Shown here: in pieces, positions 29,267-40,733 of the stretch
Layout of the letters: each line of letters opens with the position of its first letter
Position numbering within the stretch: position 1 is the first letter of the stretch
Assembly (NCBI GenBank): GCA_963640245.1
Contig: CAVHYN010000042.1
Coordinates: 4,102 to 68,101 of the forward strand
Length of the DNA stretch: 64,000 bases
DNA from: Bulleidia sp.
GTDB lineage: Bacteria; Bacillota; Clostridia; Lachnospirales; Lachnospiraceae
Direction of reading: 5' to 3'
Position numbers and translations under genes: made by a program
The notes under the pieces: generated by a model
The model's database searches: none
What the model was told of the DNA's origin: nothing
The model's input: the letters and a program-made list of their open reading frames with translations, nothing else

Positions 29267-30181
29267 TTAAAGCTCCAGATCCTTCTTATCGTAGCCAAAG
29301 TTCTTGATCAGGAAATCGCTGTCACGCCAGTCCTTCTTGACCTTCACCCACAGCTTCAAATTCGCCTTCATCTCCAGCATTTCTTCTATCTCGTAGCGGG
29401 CTGCACTTCCGATCTTTTTCAGCATTGCTCCCTGCTTTCCGATGATGATGCCCTTGTGGGAATCCCGCTCACAGATGATCGTCGCATCGATATCCATGAT
29501 TCTGCCGTCCGACCGCTCTTTCATCTTATCGATGGAGACCGCGATACCGTGCGGAATTTCTTCATTCAGACAACGAAGTGCCTTTTCCCGAATCAGCTCT
29601 GCCACGATCTGCCGCATGGGCTGATCCGTCACCGTATCCTCGTCATAAAACTTTGGACCATAGGGAAGATATTTAAAAATCTGCTGAATCAGAACTTCCG
29701 TATTGTCTCCGCTTAAGGCGGATACCGGTACAATTTCCTCAAACTCATGAAGCTTCCGATAGGTGTCGATGACGGCCAAAAGCTCTTCCCTTTTGACGGT
29801 ATCTGTCTTATTGATCACCAGGATCACCGGTGTCTTCACCTTTTTTAGCTGCTCCGCAATATGCTGTTCCCCGGCACCTACAAAGGTGGTCGGCTCCACC
29901 AGCCAGAGAATCACATCTACCTCTTTCAGGGTTCGCTCTGCAGCATGAACCATATATTCTCCGAGCTTATTCTTCGCCTTATGGATTCCCGGCGTATCGA
30001 GAAATACGATCTGTCCCTCCTCGCAGGTATAGACTGTCTGAATCCGATTGCGCGTGGTCTGCGGTTTATTTGATGTAATCGCGATCTTCTGTCCGATCAG
30101 CCGGTTCATCAGGGTGGATTTTCCTACATTGGGCCTGCCAATCAATGTGGCAAACCCGGATTTACAATTTGAATTTTCCAT
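29267..30181 (-). CDS. era: GTPase Era
   Basis: GRPNVGKS, DTPG, NKTD and KH-domain IIGKQG motifs. Confidence 0.97.
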   Translation of the reverse strand: MENSNCKSGFATLIGRPNVGKSTLMNRLIGQKIAITSNKPQTTRNRIQTVYTCEEGQIVFLDTPGIHKAKNKLGEYMVHAAERTLKEVDVILWLVEPTTFVGAGEQHIAEQLKKVKTPVILVINKTDTVKREELLAVIDTYRKLHEFEEIVPVSALSGDNTEVLIQQIFKYLPYGPKFYDEDTVTDQPMRQIVAELIREKALRCLNEEIPHGIAVSIDKMKERSDGRIMDIDATIICERDSHKGIIIGKQGAMLKKIGSAARYEIEEMLEMKANLKLWVKVKKDWRDSDFLIKNFGYDKKDLEL

Positions 30182-30198
30182 CTGTTCTTCTCCGATTT

Positions 30199-33123
30199 TT
30201 AATGGAAGAGGCTCTCAGTTACCTCAAAGAGCTCCTTCTCCTTCTCCAGCTTTTCTTCGTTTCCAATGACGCAGATATAATGCTGGGACAGCATAGCTTT
30301 CAGATAAGGCGCCAGGCTTCTGATTTCCTCGACGCCGCAGCCAAGTACCTCGTCCCGCTCCTTCTGAAGCTGTTCTTCCGTCAGTCCTGTCATCCAGGCG
30401 CTGAAGGAACGCATGCCCTTCGCCCTCGCATTCAGCGGTGTGTCCATAGAGCTGATCGTTCCGATGATGTACTTTGTCATATCCCGCTTGGATACGTCAA
30501 ACGCTTCTATATAGGCGACGCTCTCCGTGAAAATCTCATTTGTCTTCGAAAGATTCGGATCACGATAGGACACCAGGTAACCGCTGCCTGTCCTGGTATA
30601 ATTATTCATGCAGCCGTAAGCGCCGCCTTTTACCCGGACATTATTCCAGAGATAATCATAGCTCATGATGATCCGAAGAACCTTCAAGGCTCCGTTGTAG
30701 GGCAGCCCTGCTGCAAGAAAGCTTCCCGCCCGGGCTACGTACTGAATCTGAGCCGAGGTCTTCAGGCCTTCGTTTTTATGCGCCGGTTTCAGATCCCATA
30801 CAGCCTTTTCTGCTCCGGTATTCGCATAAAGGGCGCGGATAAGCCCTCCTGCCTCGTTTTCAAATCCCGGAAGACTCTTTTCTTCTCCGGTATAGCTGAT
30901 AATCAGATTTTCCTGGCAGAACAGGCATTTCATAAGCTGTTCCAGCTTCTTCACGGTCTCCTCGAACTCTGTCTCAAAGTTCTTATCCAGCTTTTCGATA
31001 AATCGATAAAAATCTACACCCTCTGTCCGGTCGGAGAAGGCTGCACTGGAAGAAAAGTAGGACATCGCCCGAAGTGCCGCTATAGAGTGGCCTGCCGTCT
31101 GGAATGCCATCTGAAGTCTCGATTTCGTCTCAGACAGGATTTCGCGCAGTCGCTTTTTATCCCGCAGCTTCGAGGTCAGAAGCATTTCCTTGATCATCCC
31201 AAAGGCCACCGGCTCTTCCTCGTAGAGCGCCTTACTCTTTACCTCTAAGACCGGAATATAAGCTCCCGGTTTTTTCAGATTATCGTAGCTTCCGATGCTT
31301 AAGGAGATGCCGCCGGTATGCAGATTCAGCTCGTTCGAAAATTCTCCGTAGGTATAATGCTCCGTATCCACCCGTCCAATCACGGCCTTTAAAAGTCCCA
31401 GATAGGGAACCAGTTCTTCCGGAATGCGGTCTGCCTGAAATACCAAAGTCACGTAGCCGATACCATTTGTAAAGATGGGATGGTAAACAACCTTGGTATC
31501 CTCCACCATTCTCTCCTCATTTTGGAAGGGCTGAGCCTTCTTTTCGATATCCTCCCGGTCGAGAAGGGGGATTTTCGCCAGATCTTCCTGCGGGGAAGGC
31601 TCGCTCTGATACTCCTTCAGATGTTTTGTGAATGCCACGATTTCCTTTTTCTCTTCCTGGCTCAAAGAATCCCGATAGGCCTTCAGCTTTTCCTTCTGCT
31701 TCTCATCCTGAGCGGCTGTCAGTCCCTTCTTCGGCCGGATCGTCACCAGAGAACCATGGGGATTCTCGAGAAGATAGGTCTTAATCAGGCCTTCAAAATA
31801 TCCCTGCTTTACCTGTTCCTTTAAGAAGGCAAAGCTATCCAGGGCTTCCAGATGCAAAAATGCACTGTCATCCTTGTAAAGCCAGCTGTCAAAGGCCTGG
31901 AGACCATACATCAGACCCGCTGGATAATTTCCGAAATCTGCCTCCCGGTAGCGGAATTCAAAATAATTGATACCGGCACGCAGAGCCTTCTCGTCCACCC
32001 CTTCCTCTGCCAGCTTTTTCAGGGTGGTTTCGATCACTTCTACAAATGTATCTTTTTGATCTTCATTTGCATTTTTTGCAATAATTGAGAAAATAGGCTG
32101 CTTTACGCCATTGTCGTAGGAGCTCATGATGTCCTGACCGATACCGGCATCCAGAAGTGCTTCCTTTAAGGGTGCACCGGTAGCAGATAAGAGAACATAC
32201 TCCAGCACCTGCATCGCCAGATAGAGCTTTGGATCCAGGGTATCCCCTACGGATTTATTGTAGGAAAGATAGGTATGATCTGCCTCGCTTTCCTCCGCTG
32301 AAATGGAATAATCCTTTACGATTTCCCGCATTTTCTCAAAGGGTGCCTGGGTTCGAACCTCTGAATCGATGGAGAGATATTCAAACTTGCTTAAGTATTT
32401 TTCATCCAGCCACGTAAGCTTCTCAGCCATATCACAATTGCCATACAGGAAGATATAACTGTTTGACGGATGATAATAACGGCCATGGAAATCCAGGAAC
32501 TGCTCTCTGGTCAAGGTAGGGATAAATTCCGGATCTCCGCCGGACTCATTGGCATAGGTGGTATCCGGATAGAGCGAATTTAAAATCTCCCGTTCCAGCA
32601 CGCCCTCCGGGGAGGAAAAGGCGCCCTTCATCTCATTGTAAACGACACCGTTTACCGTCAGATCGCCATCCTCGTTCTCCATCTCATAATGCCAGCCCTC
32701 CTGGCAGAAAATTTCTTTCTTCTGATAGATATTCGGATAGAAAACCGCATCCATGTATACATGAATCAGGTTCTGAAAATCCTTGTCATTGCAGCTTGCA
32801 ACGGGATATACCGTCTTGTCCGGATAGGTCATTGCATTTAAAAAGGTATTTAAGGAACCCTTGGCCAGCTCTACAAAGGGATCCTTTACCGGAAACTCCT
32901 TCGATCCGCAAAGCACGGAATGCTCCAGGATATGTGCTACGCCGGTATCATCCGGTGCCGGAGTACGAAATCCGATGTAGAAAACCTTATTCTCATCGTC
33001 GTTTGATAAGAGGCATACCTTTGCGCCCGTCTTTTTATGTTTCAGATAATAGCCGATGGAATGCAATTCTTCAATTTCACGTTTTTCCACCAGTTCATAG
33101 GTTTTTAATTCTTCAACTGTCAT
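30199..33123 (-). CDS. M16C insulinase-family metallopeptidase (PreP-like)
   Basis: HILEH inverted zinc motif; FLNAMTYPDKT; RVKGGAYG. Confidence 0.92.
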   Translation of the reverse strand: MTVEELKTYELVEKREIEELHSIGYYLKHKKTGAKVCLLSNDDENKVFYIGFRTPAPDDTGVAHILEHSVLCGSKEFPVKDPFVELAKGSLNTFLNAMTYPDKTVYPVASCNDKDFQNLIHVYMDAVFYPNIYQKKEIFCQEGWHYEMENEDGDLTVNGVVYNEMKGAFSSPEGVLEREILNSLYPDTTYANESGGDPEFIPTLTREQFLDFHGRYYHPSNSYIFLYGNCDMAEKLTWLDEKYLSKFEYLSIDSEVRTQAPFEKMREIVKDYSISAEESEADHTYLSYNKSVGDTLDPKLYLAMQVLEYVLLSATGAPLKEALLDAGIGQDIMSSYDNGVKQPIFSIIAKNANEDQKDTFVEVIETTLKKLAEEGVDEKALRAGINYFEFRYREADFGNYPAGLMYGLQAFDSWLYKDDSAFLHLEALDSFAFLKEQVKQGYFEGLIKTYLLENPHGSLVTIRPKKGLTAAQDEKQKEKLKAYRDSLSQEEKKEIVAFTKHLKEYQSEPSPQEDLAKIPLLDREDIEKKAQPFQNEERMVEDTKVVYHPIFTNGIGYVTLVFQADRIPEELVPYLGLLKAVIGRVDTEHYTYGEFSNELNLHTGGISLSIGSYDNLKKPGAYIPVLEVKSKALYEEEPVAFGMIKEMLLTSKLRDKKRLREILSETKSRLQMAFQTAGHSIAALRAMSYFSSSAAFSDRTEGVDFYRFIEKLDKNFETEFEETVKKLEQLMKCLFCQENLIISYTGEEKSLPGFENEAGGLIRALYANTGAEKAVWDLKPAHKNEGLKTSAQIQYVARAGSFLAAGLPYNGALKVLRIIMSYDYLWNNVRVKGGAYGCMNNYTRTGSGYLVSYRDPNLSKTNEIFTESVAYIEAFDVSKRDMTKYIIGTISSMDTPLNARAKGMRSFSAWMTGLTEEQLQKERDEVLGCGVEEIRSLAPYLKAMLSQHYICVIGNEEKLEKEKELFEVTESLFH

Positions 33124-33168
33124 GTTTTCTCCCATCTTTGCTTTTCTATGATACTCCTTATTTTACAC

Positions 33169-33208
33169 AAGAAACGGCACAGCCGCAAGCGACTGTGCCG
33201 TCTTTTTT
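33169..33208. terminator. Intrinsic terminator after ptsH
   Basis: ACGGCACAG...CTGTGCCGT hairpin flanked by A/T runs. Confidence 0.65.
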
Positions 33209-33215
33209 CCTTATC

Positions 33216-33473
33216 TTACAGGTTTGTCTCGAAGAAGGTCTTGATAGCGTCGAATGCTGTATCCTCATCCTCACCATCTACGGTTACGGTAACCTCTACG
33301 CCCTGCTTTACGCCCATGGACATAACTGCCATGATTCTCTTTGCGTCTGCCTTCTTAACGCCGCTGTCCAGAGTGATTGCACTCTTATACTTTGCAGCTT
33401 CCTTTACCAGAAGTCCTGCCGGTCTTGCGTGAAGTCCTAACTCGTCCTGTACTACATACTTAAACTCTTTCAT
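33216..33473 (-). CDS. ptsH: Phosphocarrier protein HPr
   Basis: GLHARPA motif; 85 aa. Confidence 0.92.
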   Translation of the reverse strand: MKEFKYVVQDELGLHARPAGLLVKEAAKYKSAITLDSGVKKADAKRIMAVMSMGVKQGVEVTVTVDGEDEDTAFDAIKTFFETNL

Positions 33474-33554
33474 CGTAAATTCTCCTTTTATTAAATAATT
33501 TTATAGCGATAAACCGGACTGCCTCCGGTCAACTATCCTTGTAATCCGCTTCTC

Positions 33555-35174
33555 TTACTCGGTCTCGCGAATCTTCTTACGCAGCTCCAGGGTAAATACC
33601 GGAGATACAGACAGCTCGTCGATGCCCATCTGGATGAAGCGGCGGGTCAGCTCCATATCTGCACCCAGCTCTCCACAGATACCGCACCATGCGCCGTGTG
33701 CATGTGCACACTCGATGGTTCTCTGGATCATGCGAAGCACTGCCTCATGATGGGGATCATAGATGTCATCCAGAGACTGATTCTGACGGTCGATCGCCAG
33801 GGTATACTGTGTCAGGTCGTTGGTTCCGATGCTGAAGAAGTCTACCTCCGGAGCCAGCATATCTGCGATCATAACGGCTGCCGGTGTCTCTACCATGATG
33901 CCAAGCTCTACATCGCCGAAGGGGATGTCTGCCTGACGAAGCTCTTCCTTTACTTCCTCTACGATTTCTTTGATCTTCTTAACCTCTGCTACAGAAATGA
34001 TCATCGGGAACATAATGGAAGCGGTTCCATAAGCACTTGCACGATAGATGGCGCGCAGCTGGGTCTTGAATACCTCCGGTCTGTGCAGGCAGATACGGAT
34101 CGCACGGAAGCCCATGGCCGGGTTCTCTTCCTTCGGAATCTGGAAGTAATCAGCCTGCTTATCTGCACCGATATCCAGGGTACGGATAATGACCTTCTTA
34201 CCGTTCATCTTGGAAATAACATTCTTATATACGCGGAACTGCTCCTCCTCGGTCGGATAATCATCACGGCCCAGGTACAGGAACTCGCTGCGGAACAGGC
34301 CGATACCCTCGGAATCGTTCTCCAGAACTGCGTCTACATCTTCCTCGCTGCCGATGTTGGAATACAGATGAATATGCTTGCCGCTCTTGGTTACGGTAGG
34401 CAGACCCTTCAGGCTCTGAAGCAGGAGCTTGCGCTCTTCCTCACGCTTCTTCTTCTCAGCCATAACCGCTGCTGTCACTTCATCCGGCTCGATATAGATC
34501 TTACCTGTGAAGCCGTCTACGATACCTTCTTTTCCGGTCAGCTCCGGATTTAAGTCGATGTCAGCGGTAACGATACACGGAATGTTCATCATACGTGCCA
34601 GAATCGCGGTATGAGAGTTAGCAGAACCCTTCTGGGTAACCAGCGCCAGGATTTTGTCCTTCTCAAACTGTACCGTCTCACTGGGTGCCAGATCCTCTGC
34701 CATGATGATCACCGGCTCCGGCATAGCCTCTGCGCTTACCTGGGTACCGCTTAAGATAGCGATCAGACGGTTGGAAATATCGTTGACATCGGCTGCACGT
34801 CCGCGCATATAGTCATCATCCATGCTTAAGAATAATGCTGCACACTGCTCACCGGTCACAAATACTGCATACTCGGCATTGACCTTGTCGTTCTCGATCA
34901 TGCCTGTAATGCCTTCTACAAAGTCCAGATCTTCAAGAAGCATCTGGTGAGCCTCAAAGATCTCAGCCTCAGCCTCTCCTACATCCTTCATCGTCTTCTC
35001 TTTCAGCATCTCCAGCTGCTCTTTTGCCTTTTCCTTTGCAGCCATATAGCGGGCTACCTCTGCTGCCGGATCCTCAATTGTGTTCTTTTCTACGACCTGT
35101 TTTGCCTTCTTGTAGATAAAAAGCTTTCCGATAGCTACACCGGAAAACACGCTCTTGCCCTGACGAGTTTCCAT
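33555..35174 (-). CDS. ptsI: PTS enzyme I
   Basis: SHTAILAR, GIGLFRSEF, SIGTNDL and GICGE motifs. Confidence 0.95.
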   Translation of the reverse strand: METRQGKSVFSGVAIGKLFIYKKAKQVVEKNTIEDPAAEVARYMAAKEKAKEQLEMLKEKTMKDVGEAEAEIFEAHQMLLEDLDFVEGITGMIENDKVNAEYAVFVTGEQCAALFLSMDDDYMRGRAADVNDISNRLIAILSGTQVSAEAMPEPVIIMAEDLAPSETVQFEKDKILALVTQKGSANSHTAILARMMNIPCIVTADIDLNPELTGKEGIVDGFTGKIYIEPDEVTAAVMAEKKKREEERKLLLQSLKGLPTVTKSGKHIHLYSNIGSEEDVDAVLENDSEGIGLFRSEFLYLGRDDYPTEEEQFRVYKNVISKMNGKKVIIRTLDIGADKQADYFQIPKEENPAMGFRAIRICLHRPEVFKTQLRAIYRASAYGTASIMFPMIISVAEVKKIKEIVEEVKEELRQADIPFGDVELGIMVETPAAVMIADMLAPEVDFFSIGTNDLTQYTLAIDRQNQSLDDIYDPHHEAVLRMIQRTIECAHAHGAWCGICGELGADMELTRRFIQMGIDELSVSPVFTLELRKKIRETE

Positions 35175-35463
35175 GAACCTAATCCTCCCTGACTTCATTA
35201 TAATTAGCGCACTGCATCACATGTAGACAAACTGTACAGTCGAAAAAGAAGCCAGATAGTGCGTAAAATAGCGGGAATCTCTCTGCCCCTCATTTTCGCA
35301 AAACCCGGTCTTCTCTTCATTTTTGCTGTTAAATTTAATTATTCGTAACTGTTTTCTTCCTGACCAGCTGCGCTTTTTGTAACTGCTTTTTTCTTTAAAA
35401 TATAGCAGTTTGTTCATAAAAAGTCAATGCTGTTTATGACCGATTCAGATTGTTTCTGAACCT

Positions 35464-36060
35464 TTAGTGCTCTTTCGGATTTAAGAGTCCTGCCTGGAGA
35501 AGTCTTCCCCGAAGCACCGTTCCGACTAAGACTGCCAAAACCATCTTTACCAGATCTCCCGGGATAAAGGGAATCACTCCCGCCCACAGAGCTGCCTGAA
35601 AATTCATTCCTGCCGAATAGGCAAGCCATGCGCTTCCTAGAATATAAAGTACAATGGTTCCCAGCACCATGCCAATCATCGCAAAGGCGATGTTCTTTTC
35701 TTTTTTCTCCGGAAAACGTCCGACAAAGACACCGGCAATCAATGCCAGAAAGAGGTAGCCAATCAGGTAGCCGCCTGTCGGTCCGAAGAGCTTATCTGCT
35801 CCCGCGCTTCCGCCTGCAAAGACCGGAAGGCCTACCAGTCCAAGCAGCAGGTAAATCCCGCAGCTTAAGGTTCCAAGCTTCGTTCCAAGTACCGTTACCG
35901 CCAGGTAAACTGCCATACTTCCAAGGGAAATCGGCACCGGACTGATCGGAATATTTAAGGAAACGGGGCTTAAGACACAGATCACCGCTGTCATCACCGC
36001 CGTCAGGGTCAGTTGATAGGTTGTCAGTTTCTTTTTGTTTTTGAGGGATTCTGTATTCAT
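35464..36060 (-). CDS. bioY: Biotin transporter BioY
   Basis: PVPISL, GLPVFAGG, GPTGGYLIG and PFIPGD motifs; AAGGAG RBS before ATG 36060. Confidence 0.92.
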   Translation of the reverse strand: MNTESLKNKKKLTTYQLTLTAVMTAVICVLSPVSLNIPISPVPISLGSMAVYLAVTVLGTKLGTLSCGIYLLLGLVGLPVFAGGSAGADKLFGPTGGYLIGYLFLALIAGVFVGRFPEKKEKNIAFAMIGMVLGTIVLYILGSAWLAYSAGMNFQAALWAGVIPFIPGDLVKMVLAVLVGTVLRGRLLQAGLLNPKEH

Positions 36061-36113
36061 CTTTTGTCTCCTTTTGCATTTCTCTTTTGTAACTATAAAG
36101 AATCCCTTTTTAA

Positions 36114-36145
36114 TTGTCAACCTTTTTTCTTTGTTTGGTTTACAT
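36114..36145. promoter_or_regulatory. BirA operator
   Basis: TTGTCAACC-N14-GGTTTACAT matches the established BirA box, directly upstream of bioY. Confidence 0.8.
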
Positions 36146-36260
36146 TTATTTGTTCCATGACTTTCAGCTGCCGATCCAGTTCTGCAAGCAAGCTCTTTCT
36201 TATCTTCTCATATTCCGGATCCGGAAGAAGCCCTTTTTTCTTTTTGATACGCCACCGCAT
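36117..36260 (-). CDS. Candidate 47-aa small protein
   Basis: AAGGAG RBS then MRWRIKKKKGLLPDPEYEKIRK...; no recognised homology. Confidence 0.3.
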   Translation of the reverse strand: MRWRIKKKKGLLPDPEYEKIRKSLLAELDRQLKVMEQINVNQTKKKG

Positions 36261-36324
36261 GTTGTCGCTCCTTGTCGCCTTTTGATGACATGATTGTAGC
36301 ATTTATTTCTGACAAGATCCATGG

Positions 36325-36351
36325 TTTGCGAATGGGGTTCTGAATAGTTAC
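36325..36351 (+). repeat. Orphan right end of the GTAACTATTCAG MITE family
   Basis: TTTGCGAATGGGGTTCTGAATAGTTAC identical to 19901-19927. Confidence 0.8.
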
Positions 36352-36427
36352 GATTTTTCAAAGAGTGCTTGTATTTTTTTGCCAAGGCAGGACGGCTATT
36401 TTTACGTGTATAATTCACTCATCTAAT

Positions 36428-36471
36428 AAAAGCCATTTGATTAGCAATATTAGCTAAACAAATGGCTTTTT
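36428..36471. terminator. Terminator after tpiA
   Basis: AAAAGCCATTTG...CAAATGGCTTTT. Confidence 0.7.
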
Positions 36472-36520
36472 ATCACGTTTTATAGCGTTATATTTGGTTA
36501 TTTTGCCTAAAATTTTAGAC

Positions 36521-37270
36521 TTACTTGTAATTTACGATCTTTCCGAAGTCCGGCTTCAGAGCTGCGCCGCCTACCAGGCCGCCATCGATGTCAGCCTGTG
36601 CAAAGAGCTCCGGAGCGGTAGCTGCATTTACAGATCCGCCGTACTGGATACGGATAGCTGCTGCAGTTGCCTCATCATAGATCTCAGCGATGCAAGCACG
36701 GATACCAGCGCAAACTTCCTCAGCCTGCTCTGTAGTAGCGGTCTTGCCGGTTCCGATTGCCCAGATCGGCTCGTAAGCGATAACTGCTTCCTTTGCCTGG
36801 TCTGCAGTAACGCCCTGGAAACCAACCTTTACCTGCTGACGGATGAAGTCCATGGTTACACCCTGCTCTCTCTGAGTCAGAGTCTCGCCGCAGCACATGA
36901 TCGGTGTCAGGCCATGCTCGAATGCCTTCAGCATCTTCTTGTTTACAGTCTCGCTGGTCTCTGCGAAATACTCACGTCTCTCGGAATGTCCAAGGATGAC
37001 ATACTTCACGCCGGCATCTGTCAGCATGTTCGGGGAAATCTCGCCTGTATAAGCGCCCTTCTCCTCGAAGTACATATTCTCAGCACCAACCTGGATGTTG
37101 GATCCCTTAGCAGCCTCTACAACCGGGATGATATCGATAGCCGGTACGCAGAATACTACGTCTACTTCATCATTTGCTACCAGCGGCTTTAAGGTGTTTA
37201 CCAGTTCTACTGCCTCGCTGGGAGTCATGTTCATTTTCCAGTTGCCGGCGATAATTTTCTTTCTTGCCAT
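36521..37270 (-). CDS. tpiA: Triose-phosphate isomerase
   Basis: AGNWKM, GHSERR and [11 protein letters not shown] motifs. Confidence 0.97.
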   Translation of the reverse strand: MARKKIIAGNWKMNMTPSEAVELVNTLKPLVANDEVDVVFCVPAIDIIPVVEAAKGSNIQVGAENMYFEEKGAYTGEISPNMLTDAGVKYVILGHSERREYFAETSETVNKKMLKAFEHGLTPIMCCGETLTQREQGVTMDFIRQQVKVGFQGVTADQAKEAVIAYEPIWAIGTGKTATTEQAEEVCAGIRACIAEIYDEATAAAIRIQYGGSVNAATAPELFAQADIDGGLVGGAALKPDFGKIVNYK

Positions 37271-37300
37271 TGTTCTTTTCTCCTCTTATATTATATAAAA

Positions 37301-38509
37301 TTACTCTGCGTCGTTAGCTGCAGCTACACCCGGAAGCTCTTTGCCCTCAAGGAACTCCAGGGAAGCGCCGCCGCCTGTAGAGATATGAGTCATCTTGTCA
37401 CCGAAGCCAAGGGTGTTCACTGCTGCTGCAGAGTCGCCGCCGCCGATGATGGTAGTTGCGTCTGTCTCAGCCAGGGATTTTGCTACTGCGATGGTACCCT
37501 TTGCCAGGATCGGGTTCTCAAATACACCCATCGGTCCGTTCCAAACAACGGTCTTCGCAGACTTCACTGCCTCAGCGTACAGCTCAGCAGTCTTGGTTCC
37601 GATATCCAGACCCATCATATCTGCCGGGATCTCGTTGGACGGTACGACAGATACCTCGATCTCTGCGTCAATCGGGTTCGGGAAATCTTTTGCAATGGTG
37701 GTATCAACCGGAAGAAGCAGCTTTTTGCCAAGCTTCTCAGCCTTCTCCATCATTTCCTTGCAGTAGTCGATCTTTTCATCATCTACCAGGGAAGTACCTA
37801 CTTCGTATCCCTTTGCCTTCAGGAAGGTATATGCCATTCCGCCGCCGATGATCAGAGTGTCGCACTTCTCAAGCAGGTTTGCGATAACGTTCAGCTTGTC
37901 TGCTACCTTTGCTCCGCCCAGGATCGCTACGAACGGACGCTCCGGGTTGTTGACTGCATTACCCAGGAAGTTGATCTCCTTCTGCATCAGGTATCCTACT
38001 ACAGAAGTCTTTACATACTGAGTTACGCCTACATTGGAGCAATGTGCACGGTGTGCGGTTCCGAATGCGTCGTTTACAAATACATCTGCCAGGGAAGCCA
38101 GATCCTTGGAGAATGCCTCTCCGTTCTTGGTCTCCTCTGCGCGATAACGGGTATTCTCAAGAAGAACTACCTCGCCGTCCTGCATAGCCTCTACAGCTGC
38201 CTTTGCGTTCGGTCCAACTACCTCCGGATCTGCTGCAAATTTTACTTCCTGCCCAAGAAGCTCAGAAAGTCTCTTTGCTACCGGTGCCAGAGACAGCTCT
38301 GGCTTCGGCTCTCCCTTCGGCTTGCCCAGATGGGAGCAAAGGATTACCTTTCCGCCGTCTGCGATCAGCTTCTTGATCGTCGGCAGAGCTGCTACCAGAC
38401 GGTTTTCGTCTGTGATCTTGCCATCCTTCAGCGGTACGTTGAAGTCGCATCTTACCAGGACGCGCTGTCCTTTTACGTTGATGTCATCTACAGATTTCTT
38501 GTTTAACAT
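37301..38509 (-). CDS. pgk: Phosphoglycerate kinase
   Basis: [17 protein letters not shown] and ISTGGGASL motifs. Confidence 0.97.
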   Translation of the reverse strand: MLNKKSVDDINVKGQRVLVRCDFNVPLKDGKITDENRLVAALPTIKKLIADGGKVILCSHLGKPKGEPKPELSLAPVAKRLSELLGQEVKFAADPEVVGPNAKAAVEAMQDGEVVLLENTRYRAEETKNGEAFSKDLASLADVFVNDAFGTAHRAHCSNVGVTQYVKTSVVGYLMQKEINFLGNAVNNPERPFVAILGGAKVADKLNVIANLLEKCDTLIIGGGMAYTFLKAKGYEVGTSLVDDEKIDYCKEMMEKAEKLGKKLLLPVDTTIAKDFPNPIDAEIEVSVVPSNEIPADMMGLDIGTKTAELYAEAVKSAKTVVWNGPMGVFENPILAKGTIAVAKSLAETDATTIIGGGDSAAAVNTLGFGDKMTHISTGGGASLEFLEGKELPGVAAANDAE

Positions 38510-38594
38510 CGTAATCTCTCCTTACTTGTTATGATAAATGCAAAAAGAGATCCGGTCCATAAAGACCGGACCTCTTAAGGTCTTAATTAGATAC

Positions 38595-39608
38595 TTAAGC
38601 GAGCTCAGCGAAGTACTTAATTGTACGAACCATCTGAGATACATAGGAGTTCTCGTTGTCATACCAAGAAACAACCTGTACCTGAGATGTGCCATTGCCA
38701 AGGTTTACAACCATGGTCTGAGTTGCATCAAACAGAGAACCAAATCTCATACCAACGATATCGGAAGATACGATCTCATCTGTGTTGTATCCGAAGGACT
38801 CGGTAGCTGCTGCCTTCATAGCTGCGTTGATACCATCAACAGTAGCCTCACCCTTAACAACTGCGTTCAGGATAGTGGTAGAACCAGTCGGGGTCGGTAC
38901 ACGCTGTGCAGCGCCGATGAGCTTGCCGTTCAGCTCCGGAATAACAAGGCCGATTGCCTTAGCTGCTCCTGTGCTGTTCGGAACGATGTTGATAGCGCCT
39001 GCACGGCTTCTTCTCAGGTCACCCTTTCTCTGCGGTCCGTCAAGGATCATCTGGTCGCCTGTGTAAGCGTGGATGGTGCACATGATACCAGACTCAACCG
39101 GCAGATAGTCGTTCAGAGCCTTTGCCATCGGTGCCAGGCAGTTTGTAGTACAGGAAGCTGCGGAAATTACAGTATCCTCTTTTGTCAGTGTTGTGTGGTT
39201 TACATTGTAAACGATAGTCGGAAGGTCATTTCCAGCCGGAGCAGAGATAACTACCTTCTTAGCGCCTGCTGTGATATGAGCAGAAGCCTTCTCCTTGGAT
39301 GTGTAGAAACCTGTGCACTCCAGAACTACGTCTACACCGATCTCTCCCCAGGGAAGCTCAGCTGCGTTAGCCTTTGCGTAGATCTTGATCTCCTTACCAT
39401 CAACGATGATGGAATCTTCTGTTGCAGATACGGTATCTGCCAGAGCGTACTTACCCTGAGAAGAATCATATTTTAACAGGTGAGCCAGCATCTTCGGGCT
39501 TGTCAGGTCGTTGATAGCTACAACCTCATATCCCTCTGCGCCGAACATCTGTCTGAATGCAAGTCTGCCGATACGTCCGAAACCGTTAATCGCTACTTTT
39601 ACTGCCAT
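38595..39608 (-). CDS. gap: Glyceraldehyde-3-phosphate dehydrogenase type I
   Basis: [17 protein letters not shown] and SWYDNE motifs. Confidence 0.97.
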   Translation of the reverse strand: MAVKVAINGFGRIGRLAFRQMFGAEGYEVVAINDLTSPKMLAHLLKYDSSQGKYALADTVSATEDSIIVDGKEIKIYAKANAAELPWGEIGVDVVLECTGFYTSKEKASAHITAGAKKVVISAPAGNDLPTIVYNVNHTTLTKEDTVISAASCTTNCLAPMAKALNDYLPVESGIMCTIHAYTGDQMILDGPQRKGDLRRSRAGAINIVPNSTGAAKAIGLVIPELNGKLIGAAQRVPTPTGSTTILNAVVKGEATVDGINAAMKAAATESFGYNTDEIVSSDIVGMRFGSLFDATQTMVVNLGNGTSQVQVVSWYDNENSYVSQMVRTIKYFAELA

Positions 39609-39836
39609 TTTAAATTTCCTCCTAAATGTGAATTTAGTTTATTTCGTGGTTTCCATCCCTAAAACAGGGCAGGCCCAACCTGCCACTATTGTATCGAATC
39701 CCGTACAAAAAAGCAAGTGTGAATTCGTCTTTGTGCAATTTTTGTCAGAACAGCGAATTTCTTGTCGATCTTTTTCCTGTCATTGTATATTTTTTTTACA
39801 GAATCGGGTGTATACTCGAAATCGGAGGTAAAAATT

Positions 39837-40637
39837 ATGACTGCTGATTATCATTTGCATTCCTGCTTTTCCGGTGACAGCGAGACACCCACCGAAGAAG
39901 TCATCCAGACAGCCATGAAGCGCGGGCTTTCCCTGATTTGCATGACGGAACATCAGGATCTCGATTATCCCTATACGGATATGTGCTTTGACCTGGATAC
40001 GGACGCATATTTTCCCGAAATGAAACGTCTTCAGGAAAAATATAGGGATCAACTGGAAGTTCGGATCGGTGCAGAGCTTGGTCTCCAGCCTCACCTCGGC
40101 GATGCATACCGCAGCTGGCTTTCGGATAAGACCTTTGATTTTCTGATCGGTTCCACTCATATGGTAGATAAATTCGATCCATATTTTCCCGATTTCTGGA
40201 GTTCCTGGGAAGTCTCAGCCGGAATCAACCGTTATCTCGATGTAACCCTGGAAAATATCCAGGCCTTCGATGGCTTCGATGTCTACGGACATATCGATTA
40301 TATCATTCGCTATATTCCGGAGGGCGAGCGAGTCTTTCCTTATAAAAAGCATGCCGAGCAGGTCGATGCGATTCTGAAGCTCTTGATCCAGAAGGGCAAG
40401 GGCATCGAGATCAATACCGGCGGCTATAAGGCCGGACTTTCCGAGCCGAACCCCTGTCATGATGTGCTGCGCCGCTACCGTGAGCTCGGTGGCGAAATTA
40501 TTACCATGGGATCCGATGCCCATACGACAGAATATGTCGCTTACCGGTTTGACGACGCCAAGCAAGTCCTTCGAGAATGCGGCTTCCGGTATTTTACGGT
40601 ATTCCGGGAACGAAAACCAGAGTTTCTTCCGTTGTAA
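39837..40637 (+). CDS. PHP-family hydrolase (HisJ histidinol-phosphatase-like)
   Basis: DYHLHS, TEH, GHID, EINT and GSDAH motifs; GGAGG RBS. Confidence 0.85.
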   Translation: MTADYHLHSCFSGDSETPTEEVIQTAMKRGLSLICMTEHQDLDYPYTDMCFDLDTDAYFPEMKRLQEKYRDQLEVRIGAELGLQPHLGDAYRSWLSDKTFDFLIGSTHMVDKFDPYFPDFWSSWEVSAGINRYLDVTLENIQAFDGFDVYGHIDYIIRYIPEGERVFPYKKHAEQVDAILKLLIQKGKGIEINTGGYKAGLSEPNPCHDVLRRYRELGGEIITMGSDAHTTEYVAYRFDDAKQVLRECGFRYFTVFRERKPEFLPL

Positions 40638-40733
40638 GAAAGAGTGTGCATCCTCTCGGAGCTTTTTTGATTCATAGGACGCACTTTCCTATGAATTAGA
40701 ATGAGCAGGGTATGAAAACCCTGCTCATCTAAT

